Shown: positions 51,733 through 61,000 of the stretch, piece by piece
Layout of the letters: each line of letters opens with the position of its first letter
Numbering within the stretch: position 1 is the first letter of the stretch
Source of the DNA: Candidatus Latescibacterota bacterium
Lineage (GTDB): Bacteria > Latescibacterota > UBA2968
NCBI GenBank assembly: GCA_965208125.1
Contig: OZ242320.1
Span: 5,152,001-5,216,000 of the forward strand
Direction of reading: 5' to 3'
DNA: 64,000 nucleotides
Translations under genes and position numbers: made by a program
The notes under the pieces: generated by a model
Seen by the model: the letters and a program-made list of their open reading frames with translations, nothing else
Told to the model about the DNA's origin: nothing
The model's database searches: none

Positions 51733-52479
51733 TCAATTCCAATACTCACTTCGTGCAGGCGGTCCAGACTTTAATGCCCTGCGGATCAACAGACCCAAAA
51801 CCCGGGTAAAAACCACTAATAAAAAAAAATTAAACATCGAAGCCAGCACCAACCCCACCCACGCCAACGGTTCCAATATCAAACTGCCGAGCAGAGATAT
51901 CCCAAACAGACCAAAACATGCTTGAACGTAGTCGAATCGAATAATCTGGCGCAAATCCCGCCAAACAGGCCCCGGCTCAAATGCCATCCACACGCGTCCC
52001 TCAGTGGCAAAACGCGTAAATACAATGGGAAAAAAACCGTAAAAAAAGATGACCATAAGTGTAAACAATAGCAACATAGGCCCGGCTTCTTCTACAGAAC
52101 CCGGTATCAAACCCAATACCGAAATCACCATTGCAAAACTCGCAAATCCAATGACACTATATCCCAGGACAATGAGGAATAACCAAAATCCCGCTACCCC
52201 GTAAGCCCACCAATTGCTCCATGATGGCAAGTGCAACGATTCAGTACCGTTGAGTGCATCGACAAAAATCCGGTATAAGTACCCCCAGGTAATGAACAAT
52301 AATCCAAAGATTACAACCAGCAATACCCCCCCCATCCAGAGCTTTATTTGCCCGGTGAGAATCAGAATCAGCACCAGCACGGACAGCAAATTTAATGCGC
52401 CGCCAGGGACAATTTTTTGCCACCAGCGCGGCGTCTTAAACAGGGAGCGAAGTGTATTAAACAAAATAATGCCAAACAT
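51733..52479 (-). CDS. Membrane protein, DUF4013-like
   Basis: 'WWQKIVPGG', 'GYLYRI', 'LPSWSNW'; about 6 TM helices. Confidence 0.6.
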   Translation of the reverse strand: MFGIILFNTLRSLFKTPRWWQKIVPGGALNLLSVLVLILILTGQIKLWMGGVLLVVIFGLLFITWGYLYRIFVDALNGTESLHLPSWSNWWAYGVAGFWLFLIVLGYSVIGFASFAMVISVLGLIPGSVEEAGPMLLLFTLMVIFFYGFFPIVFTRFATEGRVWMAFEPGPVWRDLRQIIRFDYVQACFGLFGISLLGSLILEPLAWVGLVLASMFNFFLLVVFTRVLGLLIRRALKSGPPARSEYWN

Positions 52480-52493
52480 AGCTTCCTAACATA

Positions 52494-53687
52494 TCAGACT
52501 GCGTCAAGTGCCCGTCCAACATCGACAATAATATCCTCAGCGTCTTCAATGCCCACAGCATAGCGCACCAACTCATCGGCAATGCCAATTGCCAATCGGT
52601 CTTCTCGTGCCAATTCGTAATACGAAATAGATGCGGGATGCGAAACGAGACTCTCCACACCTCCCAGACTGGCCCCTATACACGGAATTCGCAAGCGATC
52701 AATAAAATCCAGCGTCCCTGCCTCATCCGCATCTAAATCAAAACTCACCAGCCCGCCAAACCCACGCATCTGCGCTTTGGCAACATTGTGGTGTGGATGG
52801 CTTTCCAAACCGGGATAATACACGCGCTTTACCCGATCGTGCTTTTCCAAAAACCGCGCCAACATCAGCGCTGTTTCATTTTGCTTACTCATTCGCAGTG
52901 GGAAAGTCTTGATCCCCCGGATCAGCAAATAAGCGCAATGCGGGTCAATCACTCCCCCCAAAATACCTCGATAGTCCCGAATCGCACCAACAAGGGGCGC
53001 ATTGCCCAGCACAGCTCCAGCCATCAAATCGTTGTGTCCGCCCAAATACTTGGTCGCTGAATGAATGACCAGATCGATGCCAAATTCGAGCGGGCGCTGG
53101 TTTAAGGGCGTTGCAAATGTGCTATCAATAATCGTCTTGACCCGATGCCTTTTTCCAATGTCAACCAGTTTTTCCAGATCGATCACATTGAGATGTGGAT
53201 TGGTCGGAGATTCGGAAATAATTACCCGCGTGTTATCCCTGACTGCACCTTCTAATTCGGCGTAATCACCCGCGTGAACAAATGTGGTTTCAATACCAAA
53301 TTTTTTTAACACCATCTGACAAAATTGCGCGGTCTTGCGATAGCAATCATCCATAATCACCGCGTGGTGCCCGGTTGAGAGCATGCCCAGCAGCGTGGTT
53401 GTTACAGCACTCATACCCGACGAAAATAAAATAGCGGCCTCTGCGCCTTCCAATTCTGCGAGCTTGGATTCTGCGGCATGCTGTGTTGGATTGCCGTAGC
53501 GTCCGTAGTCAATCTGTGGGTTTTTGCCCGCTACAAACGCCTTAACCGCATGCGTATCTTCAAATACATAAGTCGATGTCTGGGCAATGGGCACTGTCAG
53601 AGATTTTCCCCAGTGTCCCCTTTCTTCACCTGCATGTACAGCCCGTGTTCCCGAACAGGGTCCGTGCGTTTCGCACTTTTCAGACAT
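52494..53687 (-). CDS. metB: Cystathionine gamma-synthase (Cys/Met metabolism PLP enzyme), plant-like signature
   Basis: 'YGRYGNPT', 'FSSGMSA', 'DCYRKT', 'ESPTNP', PLP lysine in 'HSATKYLGGHND', 'SLGGVESL'. Confidence 0.8.
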   Translation of the reverse strand: MSEKCETHGPCSGTRAVHAGEERGHWGKSLTVPIAQTSTYVFEDTHAVKAFVAGKNPQIDYGRYGNPTQHAAESKLAELEGAEAAILFSSGMSAVTTTLLGMLSTGHHAVIMDDCYRKTAQFCQMVLKKFGIETTFVHAGDYAELEGAVRDNTRVIISESPTNPHLNVIDLEKLVDIGKRHRVKTIIDSTFATPLNQRPLEFGIDLVIHSATKYLGGHNDLMAGAVLGNAPLVGAIRDYRGILGGVIDPHCAYLLIRGIKTFPLRMSKQNETALMLARFLEKHDRVKRVYYPGLESHPHHNVAKAQMRGFGGLVSFDLDADEAGTLDFIDRLRIPCIGASLGGVESLVSHPASISYYELAREDRLAIGIADELVRYAVGIEDAEDIIVDVGRALDAV

Positions 53688-53700
53688 GCGCTATCTCCAC

Positions 53701-53728
53701 AAAAAAAGCGGAGCTAAAAAAGCCCCGC
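53701..53728 (-). terminator. Riboswitch expression platform, terminator 2
   Basis: GCGGGGCT-ttttt-AGCTCCGC followed by T7. Confidence 0.75.
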
Positions 53729-53737
53729 GCAGTACGC

Positions 53738-53766
53738 AAAAAAACCGGACTAAAAAGCCCGGTTTT
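53738..53766 (-). terminator. Riboswitch expression platform, terminator 1
   Basis: CCGGGC-ttttta-GTCCGG followed by T7. Confidence 0.75.
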
Positions 53767-53774
53767 GGGAATAA

Positions 53775-53825
53775 CTTTTTAGCGACTTGTTTAAAGTGGC
53801 TGCAATATGCCGCAAATCACCACTT
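53775..53825 (-). ncRNA. SAM-II (SAM_alpha-type) riboswitch aptamer
   Basis: AAGUGG-UGAUUU-GCGGCAUAUUGCAG-CCACUU-UAAACAAGUCGCUAAAAAG: P1 AAGUGG/CCACUU, conserved UGAUUU and GCUAAA, pseudoknot GCGGC..UUG/CAAGUCGC; lies upstream of a methionine gene. Confidence 0.85.
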
Positions 53826-53844
53826 GCTATAACTGTATTTTGGG

Positions 53845-53873
53845 AATGTAACCAAAACCCTCAACCCTGTCAA
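53845..53873 (-). promoter_or_regulatory. sigma70 promoter driving riboswitch-metB
   Basis: TTGACA-17 bp-TACATT directly after the thrC stop. Confidence 0.65.
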
Positions 53874-55238
53874 CTATCGGTTGGCTTCAATTCGGTCGAG
53901 AATCGCCTTTTTCACAGCATCTACTTCAGGAGGCAACACAACGGGTTCATTGCGGTAATGCGGGCTTACGCCCCATTCCTGTAACTGATCGCGATGATAC
54001 CCGAGCTTAAATTCGCTAAACTTCAACCCGTGAGCCGTTGAAATCACGATCACGCGATCGCTTTTCTGAATTACGCCCCTGTCAATCAACTTGAACAATG
54101 CCGCGAAAGCCACCCCGGTGTGCGGGCAGGCAAACAAGCCCGTGCGGTCGGCACGGGCAGCCGCGTCGGCCAATTCTTCCTCGCTGGCTTGTTCTACAAC
54201 ACCGCCGAATATTTTGAGTGTTTTGATCGCTTTTTCCCGACTCACCGGATTGCCGATCTGGATCGCACTCGCCAATGTAGGCTGTGCCTGAATCGGTTCA
54301 AAACTATCAAAATTCTTTTCAAAACTTCGATAGAGAGGATTTGCCCTATCGGCCTGGGCAACCGCAATGCGCGGCAACCTGTCAATTAAACCGAGGGCTT
54401 CCATTTCGAGAAAACCCTTACCGAGCGCACTCACATTGCCCAGATTTCCGCCGGGAATCACAACCCAATCGGGCACTTCCCAATCAAATTGCTGCACCAA
54501 TTCGATGCTGATTGTTTTTTGTCCCTCTACCCGTAGTGAATTCATCGAATTGGCCAAATAAATATTCTCCTCGTGGCAAATCTCCTGCACGAGCCTCATA
54601 CACCCGTCAAAGTCGGTTTCCAAACTCAGCACCAGCGCACCATTGGCCAGAGGTTGCAAAAGTTGTGCAGTCGAGATTTTGTCCCTCGGCAAAAAGACCA
54701 CCGATTGTATGCCCGCCGCCGCACAATACGCAGCCAATGCCGCTGAGGTGTCTCCAGTAGATGCACACGCAACCGCCGGAATACGCGCCCCCTCAAACAG
54801 CATCTGTTTCACCATGGATACCAGCACCGTCATGCCCAAATCTTTGAACGACCCCGTATGGCTGTTACCGCATTGCTTAACCCACAAATCCTCAACGCCA
54901 ATTTCTCGACCCAAACGCTCAGCCCAAAACAGATTGCTCCCCCCTTCGTACATCGACACCACATTGTCTTCGTGAACCACGGGACAGACCAGTTCTTTTT
55001 TTCCCCACACCGAACTGCCATAAGGCCATTCCGTAGTCATATAACGCTTATCAAACAACCCACGCCAATAACTGCCCGACTTGCGTTTGAGCACCTCCAT
55101 ATCGTGCGCCACTTCGAGCAACTCTCCACACTTTGGACATGCGTAAATCACATCCGTCAGCGCATATCGCCCCTCGCACCCTTGAAAACACCGAAACCAC
55201 GCATTGTAAGTTGTATAATTCATATTTTCGTTACGCAT
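53874..55238 (-). CDS. thrC: Threonine synthase, plant-like class
   Basis: '[16 protein letters not shown]' (PLP lysine), '[11 protein letters not shown]', 'PGGNLGN', 'STAHGLKF'; alternative start 55223. Confidence 0.92.
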   Translation of the reverse strand: MRNENMNYTTYNAWFRCFQGCEGRYALTDVIYACPKCGELLEVAHDMEVLKRKSGSYWRGLFDKRYMTTEWPYGSSVWGKKELVCPVVHEDNVVSMYEGGSNLFWAERLGREIGVEDLWVKQCGNSHTGSFKDLGMTVLVSMVKQMLFEGARIPAVACASTGDTSAALAAYCAAAGIQSVVFLPRDKISTAQLLQPLANGALVLSLETDFDGCMRLVQEICHEENIYLANSMNSLRVEGQKTISIELVQQFDWEVPDWVVIPGGNLGNVSALGKGFLEMEALGLIDRLPRIAVAQADRANPLYRSFEKNFDSFEPIQAQPTLASAIQIGNPVSREKAIKTLKIFGGVVEQASEEELADAAARADRTGLFACPHTGVAFAALFKLIDRGVIQKSDRVIVISTAHGLKFSEFKLGYHRDQLQEWGVSPHYRNEPVVLPPEVDAVKKAILDRIEANR

Positions 55239-55295
55239 TATGACAAACCCAGCACAAATGCACCAAACTCGCTAACACTACCACATATCACAGAG

Positions 55296-55556
55296 TTATT
55301 CCAATGGAGCTATTTTGCCGGGATCCTCTAAATCTTGTACTCTTTCCCAGGCTACTCGCAATTCCGCTTGATGCAAAGACGCCCAGCGAAGCACAAGTCG
55401 TTGCTCTCTTGTCGGTAAGAATCCTTTTAGTACTTCAAGAGTTTCAATTCCAATAACAGCCTGATTACCACCATACAGTGCGTGAAAATGCGCTGGCGGA
55501 TGTTCTCTAAAATGAATTTGGATGATAATTCCGTAAAAGCGACAAAGTTCAGGCAT
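55296..55556 (-). CDS. DUF4160 domain protein (putative toxin)
   Basis: 'MPELCRFYGIII..EHPPAHFHALYG', 'WASLHQAEL'. Confidence 0.85.
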   Translation of the reverse strand: MPELCRFYGIIIQIHFREHPPAHFHALYGGNQAVIGIETLEVLKGFLPTREQRLVLRWASLHQAELRVAWERVQDLEDPGKIAPLE

Positions 55557-55833
55557 TCTCAATCGCAACTTGTGCGCCCGGCATCACTTCATCCACAGAC
55601 TTGCCCGTGAGTTCCATATATAGCGCGTCAGAACAAATATCCAGATCATCGCCCCAGGCTATTGCACCCCCTTCTGCGACTCGCACAGTCTTAAAAAATG
55701 TGCGGTCATTCCAGGCTGCAAACACGCCGCGTCCAGCCATATCCGATAAGTCTATCTCGCCCGCGACCCCATCCGAATAGCGCACCCAAATACAGTAACC
55801 ATCACGCGGTTCTACGGCAATTGGTCGTATCAT
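55549..55833 (-). CDS. DUF2442 domain protein (putative antitoxin)
   Basis: 'YSDGVAGEIDL', 'FFKTV', 'IAWGDDLDICSDALY'; 8-nt overlap with DUF4160. Confidence 0.85.
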   Translation of the reverse strand: MIRPIAVEPRDGYCIWVRYSDGVAGEIDLSDMAGRGVFAAWNDRTFFKTVRVAEGGAIAWGDDLDICSDALYMELTGKSVDEVMPGAQVAIENA

Positions 55834-55900
55834 AGCACTTCTCCTTTTGCTACTGTTTCGTCTATATTTATCGCCATAATCGCAGACGTGTCGGCTACCA

Positions 55901-56200
55901 TCATTTCGGAAGCCCCTGATCATCGTATAACTCATCCTGCCAGACTTTGGATGGCGGATTATTTTCGTCGTATTTGTCAGGGTTTTCTTCACGCCAGCGG
56001 CGTCCGGCTGCACTTAAAAGCTCATACTCCTCCGCTATTTCCTCAGGCGTCATCTTTCGACATACTGGAGCCGTTTGGGCTTCCAGATCGTCCAGTGCCT
56101 TATGAAGCATCTGCTCCACTGCGTCCGGACCAGCAAAGCCCAGCCGACTTGCTAAATCAGCTATGCGAGTTTCTGTTTCCGGCTTGAGCGTTGTAGCCAT
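55901..56200 (-). CDS. VapB-type antitoxin (Rv0623-like), no cognate toxin adjacent
   Basis: N-terminal 'KPETETRIADLASRLG' and C-terminal 'LYDDQGLPK' typical of this family. Confidence 0.6.
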   Translation of the reverse strand: MATTLKPETETRIADLASRLGFAGPDAVEQMLHKALDDLEAQTAPVCRKMTPEEIAEEYELLSAAGRRWREENPDKYDENNPPSKVWQDELYDDQGLPK

Positions 56201-56292
56201 GTTGTTCTCCTTGTCTCCAGAGTCGCATTACAATGACATGAACAAAAGTGTAGCAACAACGCCATTTTGTCAACCGCATTTCAAAACATTAT

Positions 56293-56428
56293 CAGGATGG
56301 GCAGTGCCTGCATTGGAAGGATTTTATCCAGTGATGAAGGATAGACAGGATACACACCCGCCCAGGCTGCCCAGCCGAAACCCTTGTCAGAATCAGGATG
56401 AGCAGGATTTGAGGATATACAGGATATA
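56293..56428 (+). repeat. Degenerate AGGAT-unit repeat cluster
   Basis: TTGTCAGAATC-AGGAT-gagc-AGGAT-ttg-AGGAT-atac-AGGAT plus further AGGAT units at about 56294-56351. Confidence 0.45.
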
Positions 56429-56439
56429 CACCTGCTTGC

Positions 56440-56640
56440 TCACTGTTCACCCCAATTCGCGCTCTATCAATTCACGTTTATCAGAATATTTATTTTTCAT
56501 TATCTGAGAAGCCAATTCCTTGCGATGCGTCAACCAAACCGTCTTGCGTCCGCCCGTGAGCCAATAAGCCAGCAGTGCCCCGCAATAATAGTCTTGCCAC
56601 CGCCAGTAGGCAACTGCATCATCACCCGTGCTTTGGTATC
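56440..56640 (-). pseudogene. Relic of an SF2 (DEAD/DEAH, ResIII-like) helicase N-terminus
   Basis: Manual translation: RVMMQLPTGGGKT (Walker A, 56613-56590), then after a frameshift VWLTHRKELASQ (motif Ia, 56539-56504). Confidence 0.75.
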
Positions 56641-58013
56641 AACGAATGGATCAGTGTTACTGATTCGAGGACCTTATTCGGCAAACTATATGACTTTACT
56701 TCTCCATCCTCGAAGAAATGATGCGTCGCCTGAGGAAATAGACTGCGGTGCAATGGACGGAGCGCATTCGGATTATGAAAGACCTGCAATTCGTCTGCCC
56801 ACCCTTCGCGATATTCTGGGTCCTCAATATCAATTGCGAATTTGAATGGCATAGCTGACTCTGGATTGGGATTGAGTATTGTACCTTTACGAATTAGTCT
56901 AACGTTTGGATCGCCGAAACCAGCAAGGACGCCCATCCTGCTGAACTTTGACAGCGTTCCAGCATTCGTGAATAGCACAGCCGATACGTTCTCGGCATTC
57001 GGCTGGTCAAAGAAGCATGATGGTACCTCCTTCTCTTTCCATTTGTGCCTCTTTATCGACCCATAGTACCAAGATAAGTCCTCATCGGCATCGTTGTCGA
57101 ACTCTACTTCTAGCCCGAATAGATAAGCGAAGAGGGCGGGTCCAGACCAGATCATCGTCTGTGGACCATGGAAATCGGCTATTGCGATGATGTAGGGCAA
57201 GCCTTGAACATGGCTTCGCTCCCAATCCTTCTTCTTTAGTTTCTGAAACAAAGGACTGCCAAACTTGATCGGCATGTAATCTCGACGAAGCCGCTTCAAG
57301 TCCTCGGAGCTTGTAGGTTTTGGTGGCTCTACAGGTTTTCCATCATCGCCGATAGTAGGGTTTACAGTAGTCGCTTCGATAGCGATAGTGTGCCCACCAG
57401 TCGAAGCGATGAAATCCGGCTGTGCATGGCTTCTGTCAAGCCTGAATCCTTCCTCTACCAGTGCTGCAAATAAGTAGAGCTCCCAAAGGCGGCTGTTGAA
57501 GCCTGTGGTTTGAAAATCCTTGACAAAGTTGCCATCTGACTCGTCAAATATGTTCGCCATTTCTGAGATTATCTCTCTCGCTGCTGAAAAAGTCGGGCGG
57601 TTAAGAGCCAAAAAGTCAGGATGGAGTCTATCAGGAGATTGTTGTGGCATAAAGAAATCGAGGCATTTTTCGATCTCGTCTCCTTGTTCAAACTCTGTAT
57701 CTTCTTTCGCATACACCTCGGGCATGCGCTGGATCAGAGCTACCTCCGCCATCTGCCGTGTGAAATACGATTGACCGACATCCACACAACGATAGCGCCC
57801 GCGCTTGTCCCGAGCTAAAATGACGAAATTGTAGTCTCGATCTGTCAGGTCCATGATCACCACGCCAAGAAGGCGTTCGTCATCCGTCGCCCATAGTGAG
57901 CATTCCATTGTTGGAGCAAATTGTGGAACCGCTCGCGACCACATCGCCAAGACTTCAAAGCGATATGGATTCATGCGTGTAACATACATAGTCTCAAGTA
58001 TCCTCCAATACAT
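56622..58013 (-). CDS. Hypothetical protein with putative PD-(D/E)xK nuclease-like domain
   Basis: 'FVKDFQTTGFNSRLWELYL...QPDFIA...IAIEATT'; probable start 57989 after GGAGG. Confidence 0.55.
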   Translation of the reverse strand: MYWRILETMYVTRMNPYRFEVLAMWSRAVPQFAPTMECSLWATDDERLLGVVIMDLTDRDYNFVILARDKRGRYRCVDVGQSYFTRQMAEVALIQRMPEVYAKEDTEFEQGDEIEKCLDFFMPQQSPDRLHPDFLALNRPTFSAAREIISEMANIFDESDGNFVKDFQTTGFNSRLWELYLFAALVEEGFRLDRSHAQPDFIASTGGHTIAIEATTVNPTIGDDGKPVEPPKPTSSEDLKRLRRDYMPIKFGSPLFQKLKKKDWERSHVQGLPYIIAIADFHGPQTMIWSGPALFAYLFGLEVEFDNDADEDLSWYYGSIKRHKWKEKEVPSCFFDQPNAENVSAVLFTNAGTLSKFSRMGVLAGFGDPNVRLIRKGTILNPNPESAMPFKFAIDIEDPEYREGWADELQVFHNPNALRPLHRSLFPQATHHFFEDGEVKSYSLPNKVLESVTLIHSLIPKHG

Positions 58014-58056
58014 TGAACAGTTTCAAAGGCGTCTAATCACCGGGCGGCACACGTTA

Positions 58057-61000
58057 TTACCCTTCCTTGCCAAAGGCATTGACAAAGATCAGAAAATCGC
58101 TAAAACTAATGGTTCCATCACCATCTAAATCATATCGTGCATCATATCCTGCATCACCTTGACTTAATCCAAACTGGCTTGCAAAGAGCAAAAAATCAGC
58201 AAAACCAACAGCACCATCGCCATTAAAGTCGGGATCAGGAGTCTGAGGTGTAGAGTATAGCGACATATCCCATAGCAGAACCGTGCCATCACTTGACCTC
58301 GAAGCGAGCAGCATTCCATCGGGCGAAAACATTATAGAATAAACCCCAGAATGCTCAAGCGTAGCGATAGTGCGACCTGTCATAACATTCCACAGCTTGA
58401 CTTCATCATTAAAATATCCTCCCGAAGCGAGACTCGTCCCATCAGGCGAAAACGCCACAAAGTCAACCCCACCCGTATGAATTTCAAAAGCAGCGATATT
58501 GCGTCCCGTAGGGACTTCCCACAACTCGATCCATCCACTATTGTCTCCCGAAGCCAGTATCGTTCCATCTGGTGAAAACCCTATAGAATGAACTTGATAC
58601 CAAGGCGGCCATTCTTCAAGGGTCGTGATATTGCGACCTGTCGCAACATCCCACAGTTTGATTTCATTATGTCCTCTTGAAGCGAGAATTGTACCATCGG
58701 GAGAAAACTCTACGGACAGGACTTGCCCCCTGTGTCCTTCAAGAGTAACGATATCGCGCCCCGTCGAAATGTCCCATAACTTGACCGTTCTATCATCTGA
58801 TCCCGAAGCCAGCAGCATTCCATCTGATGAAAATACCATAGAAGAGATCCAAGATGTATCTCCTTTACGGTTAGCGATATTACCTCCCGTCGCAACGTCC
58901 CATATTTCGACGCCCTGAGTTCCCCATGAAGCGAGGGTTGTACCATCGGGAGAAAAAGCCACAGAATGGATATGTTCTGTACGCCCTTCAAGCGTAGCGA
59001 CGGTGCGACCTGTTGAAATATCCCACAACTTGATTGTGTTATCATAAGACGCCGACGCAAGTGTTATTCCATCAGGAGAAAAACTCACAGAACGCATCTC
59101 ATCCGTATGTCCTTCAAAGGCGGCAACAGGATGACCAGTATTAACATCCCATAGCTTAAACATTCCATCTACTCTCACTGCGATCATCTTTCCATCGGGA
59201 GAGAATGACAAAAAAAAGACATTGCGCGAATGGCCTTCAAGAATAGAGATATTTTGCGTCAACACATCCCACACTCTGACTCCATCTTCGCCTCCTGAAA
59301 CGAGGGTTGTGCCGTCTGGTGAAAACGCAACAGAACGGATGATATCTGTATGCCCTTCGAGCGTGGCGATATTTGTTTGCGTCGCCATGTCCCACAGCTT
59401 GATTACCCCATCGTGTGCTCCTGACGCGAGAATTGACATTTTAGGCAAAAAAGCCACAGAAGTAACCCCGCCCGTATGCCCTTTAAGCGTAACGAGATGT
59501 CGCCTCGTTGGCACATCCCACAGCCAAACACTTCCTGCATCTGCTGAACTATTTCCACCCCAGGCTCCTGATGCAAGTGTACCATCGGGAGAAAACATAA
59601 CAGAATTGACCAAATGCGTATGTATAAGGGTAGCGATATGTTGTTTCGTCGCGACATCCCACAACTTGACTTACTGTCCTGAAACTGAAGCAAGGGTTGT
59701 CCCATCAAGTGAAAAATCCACAGCAGTAACCCCGCCTATATGCTCTTCAAGCGTAGCGATAGTGCGACCAGTCGCAATGTCCCATAACTTGACCGTTCTA
59801 TCACTTGAACCCGAAGCGAGCATTGTGCCATCAGGAGAAAAAGCCACAGAATTGATAGATCTCGTATGCCCGGTGAATAGTGCGAGTTCACGCAATGTCA
59901 CCACATCGTAAAGCCACACACCAGAGCCACTTGCCACAGCAAGGCGTTGACCATCTAACGAAAACGCTACGGCTCTATCACTTCCACCTAACCGTCCTTT
60001 TCCCAGACGAATTATTGCGCCATCGGGTAAATACCATTTACGGTAATCATCTCCCATAATCGGTGTGATAGGCGTTCCAACTCCCACGGCGTTAAAAGTC
60101 ACAGGCCCAAATCCAGGGATTGTTACTTCAACAGTATTTGTTCCTGGATTTGGGCCAAGTGTAATCATACTCTGCGCCCTGCCGTTGGCATCAGTCATTG
60201 TATTCTCAACAGTGAATCTTTCCCTGAGCTTCCCATCACCTTTGGTGACCGTGAACATGACCTGTACATCTGATAAGGGATTATCGTGCTGATCTTTCAC
60301 TTCAACGACAAACGGGTTTGCCAACTCCATACCGGGCGTGCCCTGCTGGTTATCACCTGAGATTTTCACAAGCGATTGAGGACGAGGTCGTATCCATTCA
60401 GACACATCCCATAGAATGATCGTGCCCCCGCTATACCAGGCCCCCGCTCCTGAAGCAAGGGTTGTCCCATCGGGAGAAAACGCAACAGAATAGACAAATG
60501 GCGCGTAACCAGAATGCTTATCTATATGTTTATACGTCGCAATATTTTGTCCCGTTGAAATGTCCCATAGCTTGACTGTACCATCCCCCGCTCCTGAAGC
60601 AAGGGTTGTCCCATCGGAGGAAAATGTCACAGAATGGACTGTACCTGTATGCCCCTCAAAGGTGGCAATATTTTCTTTTGTCGCCACATCCCATAGCTTG
60701 ACCGTTTTATCCTCCCCTGCCCCAGAAGCAAGGGTTGTACCATCGGGCGAAAACGCAACAGACGAGACCCAAGACTTATGCCCCTCAAGTGTAGCGATAT
60801 TTTCCTTTGTCGTTATGTCCCACAGCTTGACTGTTTCATCAGATGATCCTGAAGCGAGCGTTGTTCCATCGGAAGAGAATGCCACGGAATGAACCGTACC
60901 TGTATGCCCCTCAAGAGTGGCGATATCGCGCCTTGTCACAACGTCCCACAGCTTGATTCTCCTCCCCGCCTCTGATGCGAGCGTTGTTCCATCAGGAGAA

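Noticed and set aside
53688-53873. SAM-I riboswitch or T-box upstream of metB
   Set aside because: No SAM-I core (AUC..GAG, kink-turn) and no T-box UGGNACC; the sequence fits SAM-II
59671-59673. Stop-codon reassignment explaining the in-frame TAA
   Set aside because: TAA, TAG and TGA all terminate conserved core genes in this window
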